Notes: generated by a model not told the origin, from the letters alone. A stretch of 64,000 nucleotides of DNA from Omnitrophica WOR_2 bacterium GWF2_43_52 (GCA_001805445.1 MHGF01000034.1:33929-97928); one strand, 5' to 3'; positions 10,955 to 20,018 are shown, counted from the stretch's first letter. Numbers and translations: made by a program.

Positions 10955-11479
10955 TTATTGTACCCTCACATAGCCGGTGTTGTTAAAAACCTGCACAGTT
11001 CTGGTTTTGCCTTGGGCGTTGAGCGTAATGGTTGTGGTGCCAGCGCTTGAGGCGTTTCCTTGAGGAAAAAGAAAAGAGAATTGCGTCAAAGGGAGTACTG
11101 ATACTAAATCAATTCCTGCGCTTAATGTTCGCCGTTTTATTTCTTCATTGGCATCAGGCGCGCTATTCGCGTTTAGATCGTCGTAAATGGCATAGCTTTC
11201 GCTTGAGGTATCAAAAACCACAATCTGATTTCGGTGTTTAGCTACTGCCATCTGGCGCATCCAGCAGAGGTCAGCGGCAATTGACCGGGCATCAAGCGTA
11301 AGCCTGTTTCCAGTAAGAGAAGAAAATGAAACCATGCTTAAGGCGCTGAGTGTGGCGATAATGGCAATGACAACCATGAGCTCTATTAGGGTAAACCCCG
11401 TTGGAAACCCTATCTTCTTTGCGGGTCGCCCTGTAGTTTCGAACGGGGTAAAGCTGGTTATATAGTTACATTGTTTCAT
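10955..11479 (-). CDS. type IV prepilin-like protein (long leader)
   Basis: ...GFPTG|FTLIELMVVIAIIATL; 174 aa. Confidence 0.7.
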   Translation of the reverse strand: MKQCNYITSFTPFETTGRPAKKIGFPTGFTLIELMVVIAIIATLSALSMVSFSSLTGNRLTLDARSIAADLCWMRQMAVAKHRNQIVVFDTSSESYAIYDDLNANSAPDANEEIKRRTLSAGIDLVSVLPLTQFSFLFPQGNASSAGTTTITLNAQGKTRTVQVFNNTGYVRVQ

Positions 11480-11508
11480 GGCTACATTGTTAAAACAAAA
11501 GCACCTTT

Positions 11509-11557
11509 AAAAAATTATTTTAAAAAATCCCTCCCTCTAAATACAGAGAGGGAGGGA
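11509..11557 (-). terminator. rho-independent terminator downstream of pilA
   Basis: Minus-strand RNA: ccctccctct-ctgtattt-agagggaggg, followed by auuuuuuaaaauaauuuuuu. Confidence 0.6.
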
Positions 11558-11576
11558 TAAAAAGTAAGGAAAACTT

Positions 11577-12158
11577 TTAATTTGTCGGGCCATCACGGGA
11601 GACTAATATGTTTATGTTGGCGGCAAGACCTCCTGCGTATCTCATCCAGCCAGCGGTACCGGTTTGGGCTTTGTCTATGTCCATATCCAGTTTATTGCGG
11701 TCTGGAAGAGTCATAGTATTTCCGGCAACCGGCGCTACTATAGTTAAATATCTTTCTCCAGAAGTAGCGCAGGCGTTACAAAATAAATTGGTAGCAGGCG
11801 GGGGTAACGTCCCTGTTCTGACCCAGTTATACGTTCCTCCCCACGGCGTAAGAGTTGGCCACCTTTCAAGATACGGGCCATCCCAGTTACCTAGCACAGC
11901 AGGCGGAGTTATGAAACCACCTACAGCGGTAGCGCACGCGTTGCCAATACAGGATGGCGGCCAGCTTCCCATATCAGAAAAATAAGCATTAGCGGCTGTC
12001 TTTACCGTGTTATAAAAGGATTCAGCATTAGAAATCCTGCCTTTTGCAATCTGCCTAAATACCTGCGGCGCAGCTACTGCCGCTAACACGGCAATGATGG
12101 CAATAACCACCATTAATTCAATTAAGGTAAAACCAAGTTTCTTTTTTAGAAACAACAT
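11577..12158 (-). CDS. pilA: major type IVa pilin PilA-like
   Basis: MLFLKKKLG|FTLIELMVVIAIIAVLAAVAAPQ with a short leader; 193 aa. It is the only pilin gene in this block whose own terminator was recognised. Confidence 0.8.
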   Translation of the reverse strand: MLFLKKKLGFTLIELMVVIAIIAVLAAVAAPQVFRQIAKGRISNAESFYNTVKTAANAYFSDMGSWPPSCIGNACATAVGGFITPPAVLGNWDGPYLERWPTLTPWGGTYNWVRTGTLPPPATNLFCNACATSGERYLTIVAPVAGNTMTLPDRNKLDMDIDKAQTGTAGWMRYAGGLAANINILVSRDGPTN

Positions 12159-12281
12159 TTGTTCCTCCTTTCATAAACAGCATACGTAAGAAAAAAGAAT
12201 TCTTTGTTTACAATATAAATGGAGAGCATCCACCTCCTTTCCTAATAGTAGACAAACAGTAAAATGTGTTTTTCATTATTG

Positions 12282-13958
12282 TTACTCGCTAGCCTCTAAG
12301 GTTACCCGCATAACTTCTTCTGGAGTAGTCAGTCCGGCAAGGAGTTTTTGTAAGGCGGCATCACGAAGAGTGCTAAGCCCTTCTTTTATGGCGATCGCCC
12401 GTATATCATCGGCGGAAGACCTTTTTAAAACTGTCTCTTGTACTTTTGGAGAGACTTTCAGTATCTCGTAGATACCCAGGCGCCCTTTATATCCGCTTGA
12501 ATTACAGAGTTTACAGCCAATGCCTTTATTAAAGGTAATATTCTGCCCGATTTTATCGGCTAAGCCGATGTTCCTTAAGGCTTCCTCAGAAGGGGCATAC
12601 GATTCTTTGCATCTTTCGCAGACCCTGCGGATGAGCCGCTGGGCCATGACTCCTAAAATTGAAGAAGAAACCAGAAACGGCTCGATTCCCATATCGATGA
12701 GGCGGCTAAACGCCGAAGAAGAATCGTTGGTGTGCAGGGTTGAAAGCACGAGGTGGCCGGTCAGGGCTGCTTGTATCGCGATTTCCGCGGTTTCATGGTC
12801 GCGGATTTCTCCCAGCATTATGATATTTGGATCTTGGCGCAGGAATGAGCGCAGGGCGGCGGCAAAGGTAAGCCCTGTTTTTACATTAACCGGCACCTGG
12901 CGTATCCCGGGGAATTGGTATTCAACAGGGTCTTCGACGGTCATAATATTCACCGTTTCTTTATTAAGAATCTGTAAGGCTGAATATAAGGTGGTTGTTT
13001 TCCCACTTCCGGTTGGCCCGGTAACCAGGATGATGCCGTAAGGCGAGTGAATCATTTCCTGAAACATGCCAAGTTCCTTTGCCGGAAACCCTAGGGTTTC
13101 CAACCCCAACACAACGCCGCTTTTATCCAGGATTCTTAATACCACATTTTCCCCGTGAATGGTGGGGCATGTGGAAACGCGGAAGTCGATATCTTTGTTG
13201 CCGATTTTCATGATAATCCTGCCGTCTTGAGGAAGGCGCTTTTCCGAAATATCAAGGCCGGACATAATTTTAAAGCGCGAGATAACCGCTCCGGATAGAT
13301 CTTTCGGCAGCGGTGACTGCCTGCGCAGGAGCCCGTCGACGCGGTAGCGTATATTGAGTGTTTTTTCTTCAGGCTCGATGTGGATGTCTGATGCCTTAAG
13401 CTGGACCGCCTGCATAATCAGGTAATTGACAATCTTGATAATCGGGGCTTCTTCCCCTAACTTCTCCCCTTCCGAGAGTTTACTTCGGTCAATAGAGGCG
13501 ACGATTTCTAAAAGCGTGCCCGAGCCCCCGTAATACTGGTCCTGGGATTTTTTGATTTCCAGTTCCTGCGCCAGGACAGGCTCAACCATAAGCTTGGTAA
13601 GCCGCTGTAATTCGTCAATGATAAAGACGTTGGTAGGGTCGGCCATGGCGACGGTGAGGGTGTTTTCGATTAAAAAAACGGGCAGGAGTTTGTACTTTCG
13701 GGCGAAATCTTCCGGGATAAGCTTGAAAAGAGAGGGTTCGATAATGTAATTGGAAAGGTCAAAACGGGCTATTCCTTTTTGCTTGGAAAGAGCAAGTTCA
13801 ATTTCTTCTTGTCCCACAACGCCCTTTTTAACTAAAATCTCGCCAACTTTTTCACCGGTGAGTTTTTGCTCTTCAAGGGCCTCACGCAGCTGCTCCATGC
13901 TGATGAAGCCTTGCTCGATTAAAATCTCGCCTATTTTTTTGTAACTGATTTCAGCCAT
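12282..13958 (-). CDS. pilB: type IV pilus assembly ATPase PilB/GspE
   Basis: N-terminal GSPII_E_N domain, Walker A GPTGSGKTTTLYS, C-terminal tetracysteine motif CERCKESYAPS...CKLCNSSGYKGRLGIYE. Confidence 0.9.
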   Translation of the reverse strand: MAEISYKKIGEILIEQGFISMEQLREALEEQKLTGEKVGEILVKKGVVGQEEIELALSKQKGIARFDLSNYIIEPSLFKLIPEDFARKYKLLPVFLIENTLTVAMADPTNVFIIDELQRLTKLMVEPVLAQELEIKKSQDQYYGGSGTLLEIVASIDRSKLSEGEKLGEEAPIIKIVNYLIMQAVQLKASDIHIEPEEKTLNIRYRVDGLLRRQSPLPKDLSGAVISRFKIMSGLDISEKRLPQDGRIIMKIGNKDIDFRVSTCPTIHGENVVLRILDKSGVVLGLETLGFPAKELGMFQEMIHSPYGIILVTGPTGSGKTTTLYSALQILNKETVNIMTVEDPVEYQFPGIRQVPVNVKTGLTFAAALRSFLRQDPNIIMLGEIRDHETAEIAIQAALTGHLVLSTLHTNDSSSAFSRLIDMGIEPFLVSSSILGVMAQRLIRRVCERCKESYAPSEEALRNIGLADKIGQNITFNKGIGCKLCNSSGYKGRLGIYEILKVSPKVQETVLKRSSADDIRAIAIKEGLSTLRDAALQKLLAGLTTPEEVMRVTLEASE

Positions 13959-13977
13959 GCCAAATGTTTTTGAGAAA

Positions 13978-15243
13978 CTATTTTTGAGTGGGGTGTAATG
14001 ATTTTAAGTTTTTCTTTTCCTCGAGCACCGTTGCTTCCAAATTTTCTTTTTCCTCTTGCAGGGTTTTTTGCTTATCAACGGCTGTTTCTATTTTCTTATT
14101 GAGTTCGTTTTTCTGCTCTTCTTTGCGCAAGGCCTCTGTTTTTAGGAATTCTCTTTGCTTCGCATAGTTTTTGTCCCAAAGTTTCGGCTCTTCCTTTGCC
14201 ATATGGATGAGATCATTGGAGGTAATGATTTTGGGAGATACAAAGATGAGTAATTCCGTCTTTTCGACGATATCCTTTTTGCTTTTAAAAAGATATCCCA
14301 GATAGGGAATATCTCCAAGAAGGGGAACCTTTGACTCTCCCTTGGTAATTTTGTCTTTAATCAACCCGCCGATAATTAAGGTTTGGCCGTTACCAACAAC
14401 AACTTTGGTTGAGGCGCTGCGCGAATCAATGATGGGCACCGTATAGGTTACCGAGGTGCCGCTTGCGGTGGCGGTAAGGGAATAATCGCTGGTTTTTTCG
14501 CTGACCTCAGGGGTAAGCACCATGGTAATGTCGCCGTTTTCATTAATGGTCGGGGTAGTTTTTAAAACAATCCCTACCTCTTCAAAGTTAACCGTCCAGG
14601 TAGTTGAGGCGGTTCCGGCATCATCAATAGTTATTGTCGGTTCCGCCCAGGGAAGCCTTTGGATGATTTTGATTTCTGCTTCGCGGTTATTGACGGTAGT
14701 TACCTTGGGCGCGGAAAGGATATTGGTGTTGAGTTCGCTGGCTAATGTCTGCACTACGATATTAATGTTATCGTCAAAAATAGCAAAGGTAAAGGGAGAT
14801 TCCTGCCCCGTGGTCGTTTGAGCAGGGGGATAAAACGTCGGTTTGTAATTAATCGTCTGTTGCGGCGGCACAGGAGGGCTGCCTAAGGCAGTAGAATAGC
14901 CGAGTTTAAACCTGCCGAAGGGAATATAACCTTTATCCGCGAATGCCTTCCAGTTTACCCCCAAGGCATGCTCTTTCTGAAGCTTTACCTCAACGACCCG
15001 CGCTTCAATAAGCACTTGGGCCGGAGCCACGTCCATTTTATCCAGATAGTCAGCCACCTGCTCGATATTTTCAGGATAGTCAATCACAATGATGGAATTA
15101 GGCTCATCGCCGTATATCGCCTTTCCCTGGCTTGAGAGCAGGTTCTGTATATTATTGCTTATTTCCTGGGCGTCAAGCGGCAGGTTTCCCGCGCAGGCAA
15201 GAAGGAGTGCCGAAAGGAAAAATACAACGCCATATTTTCTCAT
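13978..15243 (-). CDS. pilQ: type IV pilus secretin PilQ with signal peptide and unusual C-terminal coiled-coil tail
   Basis: Secretin core VVVGNGQTLIIGGLIKDK...VPLLGDIPYLGYLF. N-domain motif NSIIVIDYPENIEQVADYLDKMD. C-terminal ~90 aa is a K/E-rich coiled coil. Confidence 0.85.
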   Translation of the reverse strand: MRKYGVVFFLSALLLACAGNLPLDAQEISNNIQNLLSSQGKAIYGDEPNSIIVIDYPENIEQVADYLDKMDVAPAQVLIEARVVEVKLQKEHALGVNWKAFADKGYIPFGRFKLGYSTALGSPPVPPQQTINYKPTFYPPAQTTTGQESPFTFAIFDDNINIVVQTLASELNTNILSAPKVTTVNNREAEIKIIQRLPWAEPTITIDDAGTASTTWTVNFEEVGIVLKTTPTINENGDITMVLTPEVSEKTSDYSLTATASGTSVTYTVPIIDSRSASTKVVVGNGQTLIIGGLIKDKITKGESKVPLLGDIPYLGYLFKSKKDIVEKTELLIFVSPKIITSNDLIHMAKEEPKLWDKNYAKQREFLKTEALRKEEQKNELNKKIETAVDKQKTLQEEKENLEATVLEEKKNLKSLHPTQK

Positions 15244-16133
15244 GAGCCTGTATCTCCTGTTGATGAAGATGAGGCCGACTCTGCTGAAGAAGAAGAGCTC
15301 TCGCTTGAGGAGGTTGTAGTGGAACTTTTCCCGACAACATCCGCGGCCTTTAGATAGTTAAGTTTAAAGACCCTGCGGGCCATTTTTTTATCCATTTCGT
15401 TAAGGTAGGTTTCAACTTTTTCCACGTTTGGGGGATAATCAATGACTACAATAGAATTCGGCTGCTTTCCCAAGAAAACTTTCCCTTTTTCAGAGAGCAG
15501 GTCGCCGAAAACATTGCTTGTTGAGGAGCTTGACGCGTCTTCGGAAGAACTTGATGAATCAAATATTCCTTGTGCCTCAATATATTTTAACCTAAATATT
15601 TTAGTTACAAAATGCGGGCTGACTCTCGTAACATTGCCCTTTTTTTGTAAAATCAGATTTTGGGATTCGGCGATAGTTTCCAGCGCCTCTTCCAATGAAA
15701 CATTGGCAAGGCTCGCGGTAACCGTGCCGTCAACCTCTTTGTCAACCAGCAGATTGAGCTTATAGTCATGGGCTAATGCCCGGAAGAGATCGCCTATGGC
15801 AACATCCCGCAACTCAAAGGAATAAAGAGATTCTTCGGTTTCTGAGCGTTTTATCTCCATCACTGGAGCTGCTTCCGGAAGCGCGGTTTCTGTGTTGGTA
15901 TCATCTAAAGGTGCTGGTGAGTTTTCTGCTTCGGAGATTGGCAGGTCTTGAGAGATAGCTTCTTGGGCAAAAATATATGCGGCCTTCCAGCAAAGGCTCA
16001 GGCAGAGAAAAAGTAACAAACATCCCGATATTTTTCCTGCCGGTAGAACAGGGGTATCTTTGTTTCGGTGTTTTCGCTGAAAGATGGTTTTTGACAATTG
16101 CCCAACCGGAATCAGAATCAATAAGAGCGCCAT
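15240..16133 (-). CDS. secretin N-domain-only protein with Ser-rich tail
   Basis: NSIVVIDYPPNVEKVETYLNEMD and FKLNYLKAADV parallel the PilQ N-domains. It lacks the secretin C-domain. Ends SSTTTSSSESSSSSAESASSSSTGDTGS. Overlaps the pilQ start by 4 nt. Confidence 0.5.
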   Translation of the reverse strand: MALLLILIPVGQLSKTIFQRKHRNKDTPVLPAGKISGCLLLFLCLSLCWKAAYIFAQEAISQDLPISEAENSPAPLDDTNTETALPEAAPVMEIKRSETEESLYSFELRDVAIGDLFRALAHDYKLNLLVDKEVDGTVTASLANVSLEEALETIAESQNLILQKKGNVTRVSPHFVTKIFRLKYIEAQGIFDSSSSSEDASSSSTSNVFGDLLSEKGKVFLGKQPNSIVVIDYPPNVEKVETYLNEMDKKMARRVFKLNYLKAADVVGKSSTTTSSSESSSSSAESASSSSTGDTGS

Positions 16134-16141
16134 ATTTTCGG

Positions 16142-16597
16142 TTATTCCCTTAATTTCACCAGGTATTCGTTTCCATCATCTTTGAGGGTAACGGTTTCCG
16201 GCTGAATTTTGGTAACCTGCTTATTATCTATGCTGTCTCCTGTTTCTATAATCTGGCCGTTAATGATCGCCTTGCTTGTGCCTCTCTCCGAATAAAGAAT
16301 TGCCGACGCGCTCAGATAGTCAATAAGTATTGTTTTCTTTGCCTCAGCGGGGACGGTATTCTCTGCTTCGGTTAAAAATGGATTGCGGGTTATTTCGTTA
16401 AGCGAAAACTCTGCCTTTTGTTGAGGTGCCTCTCCTTGAGTTTGAACGGCAGCCTGCGTATCTGCCGCGGGTTCATTGTGGCTTTGCGCTATTTCTTTTT
16501 TCGCGCATCCAGTAAAAGACAGCGCGCATAAAAAAAACAAAAATAGTTTATTCACTATGCCCCCGCATAATTTCTTTGAGCTTGACGATATCTTCAT
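16142..16597 (-). CDS. PilP-like lipoprotein
   Basis: Lipobox LSFTGC|A. C-terminal beta domain AIINGQIIETGDSIDNKQVTKIQPETVTLKDDGNEYLVKL fits the PilP pattern. Confidence 0.5.
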   Translation of the reverse strand: MKISSSSKKLCGGIVNKLFLFFLCALSFTGCAKKEIAQSHNEPAADTQAAVQTQGEAPQQKAEFSLNEITRNPFLTEAENTVPAEAKKTILIDYLSASAILYSERGTSKAIINGQIIETGDSIDNKQVTKIQPETVTLKDDGNEYLVKLRE

Positions 16598-16739
16598 GTG
16601 TGTATTGCCGCCAGCGGTTTATCGCGTTACGCTGGGGCTTGGGAAAAACACCCTTTTTTTCATAGCGATAGAGCGTCTGTTTGGAAATGCCTAATTCTTG
16701 AGCAGCCCGCTCAATGGTAAGAAATTTATTGTTAATCAT
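16548..16739 (-). CDS. small MerR/excisionase-like HTH DNA-binding protein
   Basis: LTIERAAQELGISKQTLYRYEKKGVFPKP is a HTH; 63 aa. Overlaps the 5' 50 nt of the PilP-like ORF. Sits 47 bp from MITE-B copy 1. Confidence 0.45.
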   Translation of the reverse strand: MINNKFLTIERAAQELGISKQTLYRYEKKGVFPKPQRNAINRWRQYTHEDIVKLKEIMRGHSE

Positions 16740-16785
16740 AGTTTTTAGGTTATCAGAAATAGAGAATCTGTATCATAATAATGGT

Positions 16786-17099
16786 TCATTCGTAAATTTT
16801 GTGGATAGTGTGCTTCACGAAACTAATACTTTTTTCGCTCAGGACGATTTTTTCACGTCAAAAAGTCTCTCACAGTTTCGGCGACTGCGGAACTCGCCCG
16901 TCAGCTTGCGCCAGGACGGGCTCAAACATCCTCGTCGTCCGCTATTACATTAGTGGCGGATTCCCGAAACTGTTCGGACTTTTTGACTAAAATCGTCATT
17001 CGCTGAAAAAACCATTAGTTTCATTGCGCACAGTAATTTTAGCGTTTCTCTTTTACTATTAAATAGTTACGATAACTGCTCCACATTATTTGCGAATGA
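16786..17099 (+). repeat. MITE-like repeat family B, copy 1 (~314 bp, 16-bp TIRs tcattcgtaaattttg / cattatttgcgaatga)
   Basis: About 90% identical to 31156-31469 in the same orientation. The interior folds as nested inverted repeats (gacgatttt/aaaatcgtc, gtcaaaaagtc/gactttttgac, cagtttcgg/ccgaaactg, gcccgtc/gacgggc). Confidence 0.65.
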
Positions 17100-17273
17100 T
17101 TCATACTATCAATAGGTTAAAGCAATGCCTCAGAAAGCGCAGATTTTTTGGCTATCTTGTATATGTTTGATAGTATTTAGCTATATCTTAAGCTATTAAA
17201 TAGTATCTGTCAAGCTTATTTAGTTAGTGCTGAAAAACTCATTCCTATTCTAAAATACCTTTTTCAGTGGAAA

Positions 17274-18110
17274 CTATTTAGGCGTTGCTAATTTAAATAG
17301 TTGTTCCCGTGCCTCGGAAGTGATTTCAGTAAATTTTATCCCTAAAAAATACTGCCGGCCCTTCTCCATTCGGCAGTAAACGATTTCTCCTTTTGTTTTG
17401 ATGCTGTACCCGGAGGAAAAGAGCGATGCCTCTGGCCTGAATTCCAAAGCGATGTTGACGCCTTTTGGTAAATACAAAAATACCTCTAATCCTATTGCCG
17501 TGCCGTTATGGGAAATATCGCGGGTATATCCGTCAATAGGCGTGGCATACGGCAGGGATAAGGCCTCATCTTCGATGCTTAAGCTCATGGGGATAGTAAG
17601 CGGCAGCCTTTGAGATTCTCGCCAAAAGGTAAGCCCTTGTAGAGGCTTCTGCTGGACAATGGATTTTTCTAAGATAAACGTTTTTTCTTCAGGGCCCCAG
17701 GAGGCATCTAAGGCGGCGGCTATTGAGCGAGGAGGTGCCAGAAGAAATTCTATCGCGCAGCCAAGAGTTTTGGGAAGCGTATCCGTTAATTCGGCATCGA
17801 AAGGGTTGGTGCAGGCAAGATATACCGTATCTTTTATTTTAAAAAGCGGAATAAGGATATACTGGCGGCAGAAATCTTCATCTAATAAAGCAAGCACCTC
17901 AGGCTTAATTTTATAATCGGAAATTCGCACATAAGGAATACCGCTTTCCTGCGCGAAGAATATACTTAAGTCATCAAGTGACAGGTAGCTTGCTTTTACC
18001 AGCATTGACCATACCGATTTATTCGTTTTCGCGGCCTCTTGGCGTGCCGCTTCAAACTGCTCTTTCCTGACCCAGTGGCCGTCGACAAGTTTATTTTCTA
18101 GAGATTCCAT
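17274..18110 (-). CDS. T2SS-E N-terminal (MshEN-like) domain fused to PilZ-like domain; candidate c-di-GMP effector
   Basis: N-terminal GSPII_E_N-like fold (..LDDLSIFFAQESGIPYVRISDYKIKPEVLALLDEDFCRQYILIPLF...VYLACTNPFD). C-terminal RESQR and DISHNG motifs (RxxxR / DxSxxG). Confidence 0.55.
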   Translation of the reverse strand: MESLENKLVDGHWVRKEQFEAARQEAAKTNKSVWSMLVKASYLSLDDLSIFFAQESGIPYVRISDYKIKPEVLALLDEDFCRQYILIPLFKIKDTVYLACTNPFDAELTDTLPKTLGCAIEFLLAPPRSIAAALDASWGPEEKTFILEKSIVQQKPLQGLTFWRESQRLPLTIPMSLSIEDEALSLPYATPIDGYTRDISHNGTAIGLEVFLYLPKGVNIALEFRPEASLFSSGYSIKTKGEIVYCRMEKGRQYFLGIKFTEITSEAREQLFKLATPK

Positions 18111-18154
18111 AAGGTTTGTAGCATGGCGTACTCAACCTACGAGGTTGAATACGG

Positions 18155-18724
18155 TTATTTTGACCCGTCAGGATAATATTTTTTCATGAAATCTTCCAGG
18201 GTTTCTGAAATCCGCTGCTCGTCAATAATATAGAGGCCGGTTTTATCGATTTCATTCGGCGAGAGCTGCGGATATTTTTTTTGAACATAAGAAAGAAAAT
18301 CCCTTTGCTGTTTGGCAATCTTGAGGAGCTCTCGGTTATCTTTGAGTATGGCCGAATAGTCCAATGCCTGTTTCACCAACAGCTTAAACTCTTCGTTTTG
18401 CCAGGGTTTGGTAATAAAACGGTAGATTTGGCCGTTATTGACGGCTTTAATCACCGATTCCAGGTCTGGATAGCCGGTGATAAGAACGCGGATGGTGTCA
18501 GGGTATAATTGCTTTACCTTGATGAGAAACTCCACCCCGGACATATTCGGCAGCTTGTTATCCGAAATGACCAAATCCGCGCCCTGGTTGTTTTTTAGTT
18601 TTTCTAAAGCCTCTGCGGCGTCAAGCGCCGTTATTATCTCGCGGTCGTCGCTGCGCAAAAGCCTCGAGAGGCTGTTTAAAATATTTTGCTCATCATCTAA
18701 CAATACAATACAATGTTTTTGCAC
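18155..18724 (-). CDS. response regulator, receiver domain with C-terminal extension
   Basis: CIVLLDDEQNILNSL...ADLVISDNKLPNMSGVEFL...RFITKPW; 189 aa. Confidence 0.8.
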   Translation of the reverse strand: MQKHCIVLLDDEQNILNSLSRLLRSDDREIITALDAAEALEKLKNNQGADLVISDNKLPNMSGVEFLIKVKQLYPDTIRVLITGYPDLESVIKAVNNGQIYRFITKPWQNEEFKLLVKQALDYSAILKDNRELLKIAKQQRDFLSYVQKKYPQLSPNEIDKTGLYIIDEQRISETLEDFMKKYYPDGSK

Positions 18725-18727
18725 GTC

Positions 18728-19102
18728 TTATCCTCCGCTATTCTTTATCATATCATCAATAAATTGTTTTGAGAGAAAGGGGGTGATTTTGGTGAACATG
18801 ATTCCCATGCCCGCCGGAAGGACCTCGCCATCTGCAGTTTTGATTGATTGGGTTCTGTTCCATGCCACGACCCCTTCTGCACGGATGGTTTTCTTATTTT
18901 CTTTGCCAAGCTCAAACATGACCTCTATTTTTGTCTGTGCCGGCTCGACTTTTTCAGTGGCGATAAACATGCCTCCCGCGGAAAGGTCCTGGGCCTCGAC
19001 CATTTGCCAGAAACTTTTCCCGCGGTATTCAACCTTCAGTTTGACCAACGCGCGTTTATGCTTTCTTTTTTCATTTTCATTCATCGTATCTGCTCCTTCC
19101 AT
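18728..19102 (-). CDS. PilZ domain protein (c-di-GMP receptor)
   Basis: RKHKRALVK (RxxxR) and DLSAGGMFI (DxSxGG); 124 aa. Confidence 0.7.
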   Translation of the reverse strand: MEGADTMNENEKRKHKRALVKLKVEYRGKSFWQMVEAQDLSAGGMFIATEKVEPAQTKIEVMFELGKENKKTIRAEGVVAWNRTQSIKTADGEVLPAGMGIMFTKITPFLSKQFIDDMIKNSGG

Positions 19103-19108
19103 ATGCCT

Positions 19109-19999
19109 TTATAGGAATGGGGTATTTTTTTCGTTTTTAGTTTCCTTGCTTCTTTTGGGCAATTGTATGGTAAAGGTTGTTCCCTGCCCCGGCGAACTGT
19201 CAACGTTTATATCGCCGTGATGCTGTTTTATAATGTTATAACTTACCGAAAGCCCGAGGCCGGATCCTTTCTTTTTCGTTGAAAAAAACGGGTCAAAAAT
19301 TTTTGGCAGGACTTCTTTCGGGATGCCGCAGCCGTTATCTTTTATTATTACAAAAAGGTTATTCTGATCCTCCCGAGTAGATAAATTGATGGTGCCTTTT
19401 TCGGTAATCGTTTGAGAGGAATCAATTGCCTGTGAGGCATTGAGGAGGATATTCAGGAATACTTGTGAGAGCTGGGTGGCATCGGCTAAAATCTCCGACT
19501 GCGCCTGATACTCTTTTGTCAGCGAAACTTTGTATTTTATTTCGTTCCAGATAATCGAGAGCGTGGAATCGAGCACCTGATGGATATCGGTTAAAACCTT
19601 TTCCGTCTCATTTTGGCGGCTGAAGGTGCGCAAGTCAGAAACGATTTTTTTAATGCGTAAAGCCCCTTCCAGGGATTCTTCGGTCATGGGCAGGAAATCC
19701 TCAAGAATGGTTTTGGCATGCGGGCTTTCCGCGGGTAATTCCCGCGCGAAGCTTTTTACGTAATCCCGCAGGCTCTCGAGGTTACTGATAAGAAACCCCA
19801 GGGGATTATTGATTTCATGGGCAATGCCGGCAGCAAGCGTTCCTATGGATGCCATTTTTTCCATCTGGATAAGCTGTGCCTCGGTTTCCTTGATCAGCTT
19901 GACCTTTTCATGAATGGTTTTTCCCAAGCGCCGGTTCACCATAAAGGCGTAGCCAATAAAGACACAGATTGAAACAATTAAAACTATCGTAATTACCAT
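19109..19999 (-). CDS. membrane-anchored sensor histidine kinase
   Basis: N-terminal TM, H-box IAHEINNPLGFL, HATPase G-box GSGLGLSVSYNIIKQHHGDI. Confidence 0.85.
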   Translation of the reverse strand: MVITIVLIVSICVFIGYAFMVNRRLGKTIHEKVKLIKETEAQLIQMEKMASIGTLAAGIAHEINNPLGFLISNLESLRDYVKSFARELPAESPHAKTILEDFLPMTEESLEGALRIKKIVSDLRTFSRQNETEKVLTDIHQVLDSTLSIIWNEIKYKVSLTKEYQAQSEILADATQLSQVFLNILLNASQAIDSSQTITEKGTINLSTREDQNNLFVIIKDNGCGIPKEVLPKIFDPFFSTKKKGSGLGLSVSYNIIKQHHGDINVDSSPGQGTTFTIQLPKRSKETKNEKNTPFL

Positions 20000-20018
20000 A
20001 GATTCCTTTCCTGAAGCA

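Noticed and set aside
12520-13041. ORF 12520..13041 (+) and ORF 22665..23099 (+), which are similar to each other
   Set aside because: Both are antisense to the two paralogous PilB/GspE ATPase genes. The similarity is a by-product of conserved Walker-box DNA.
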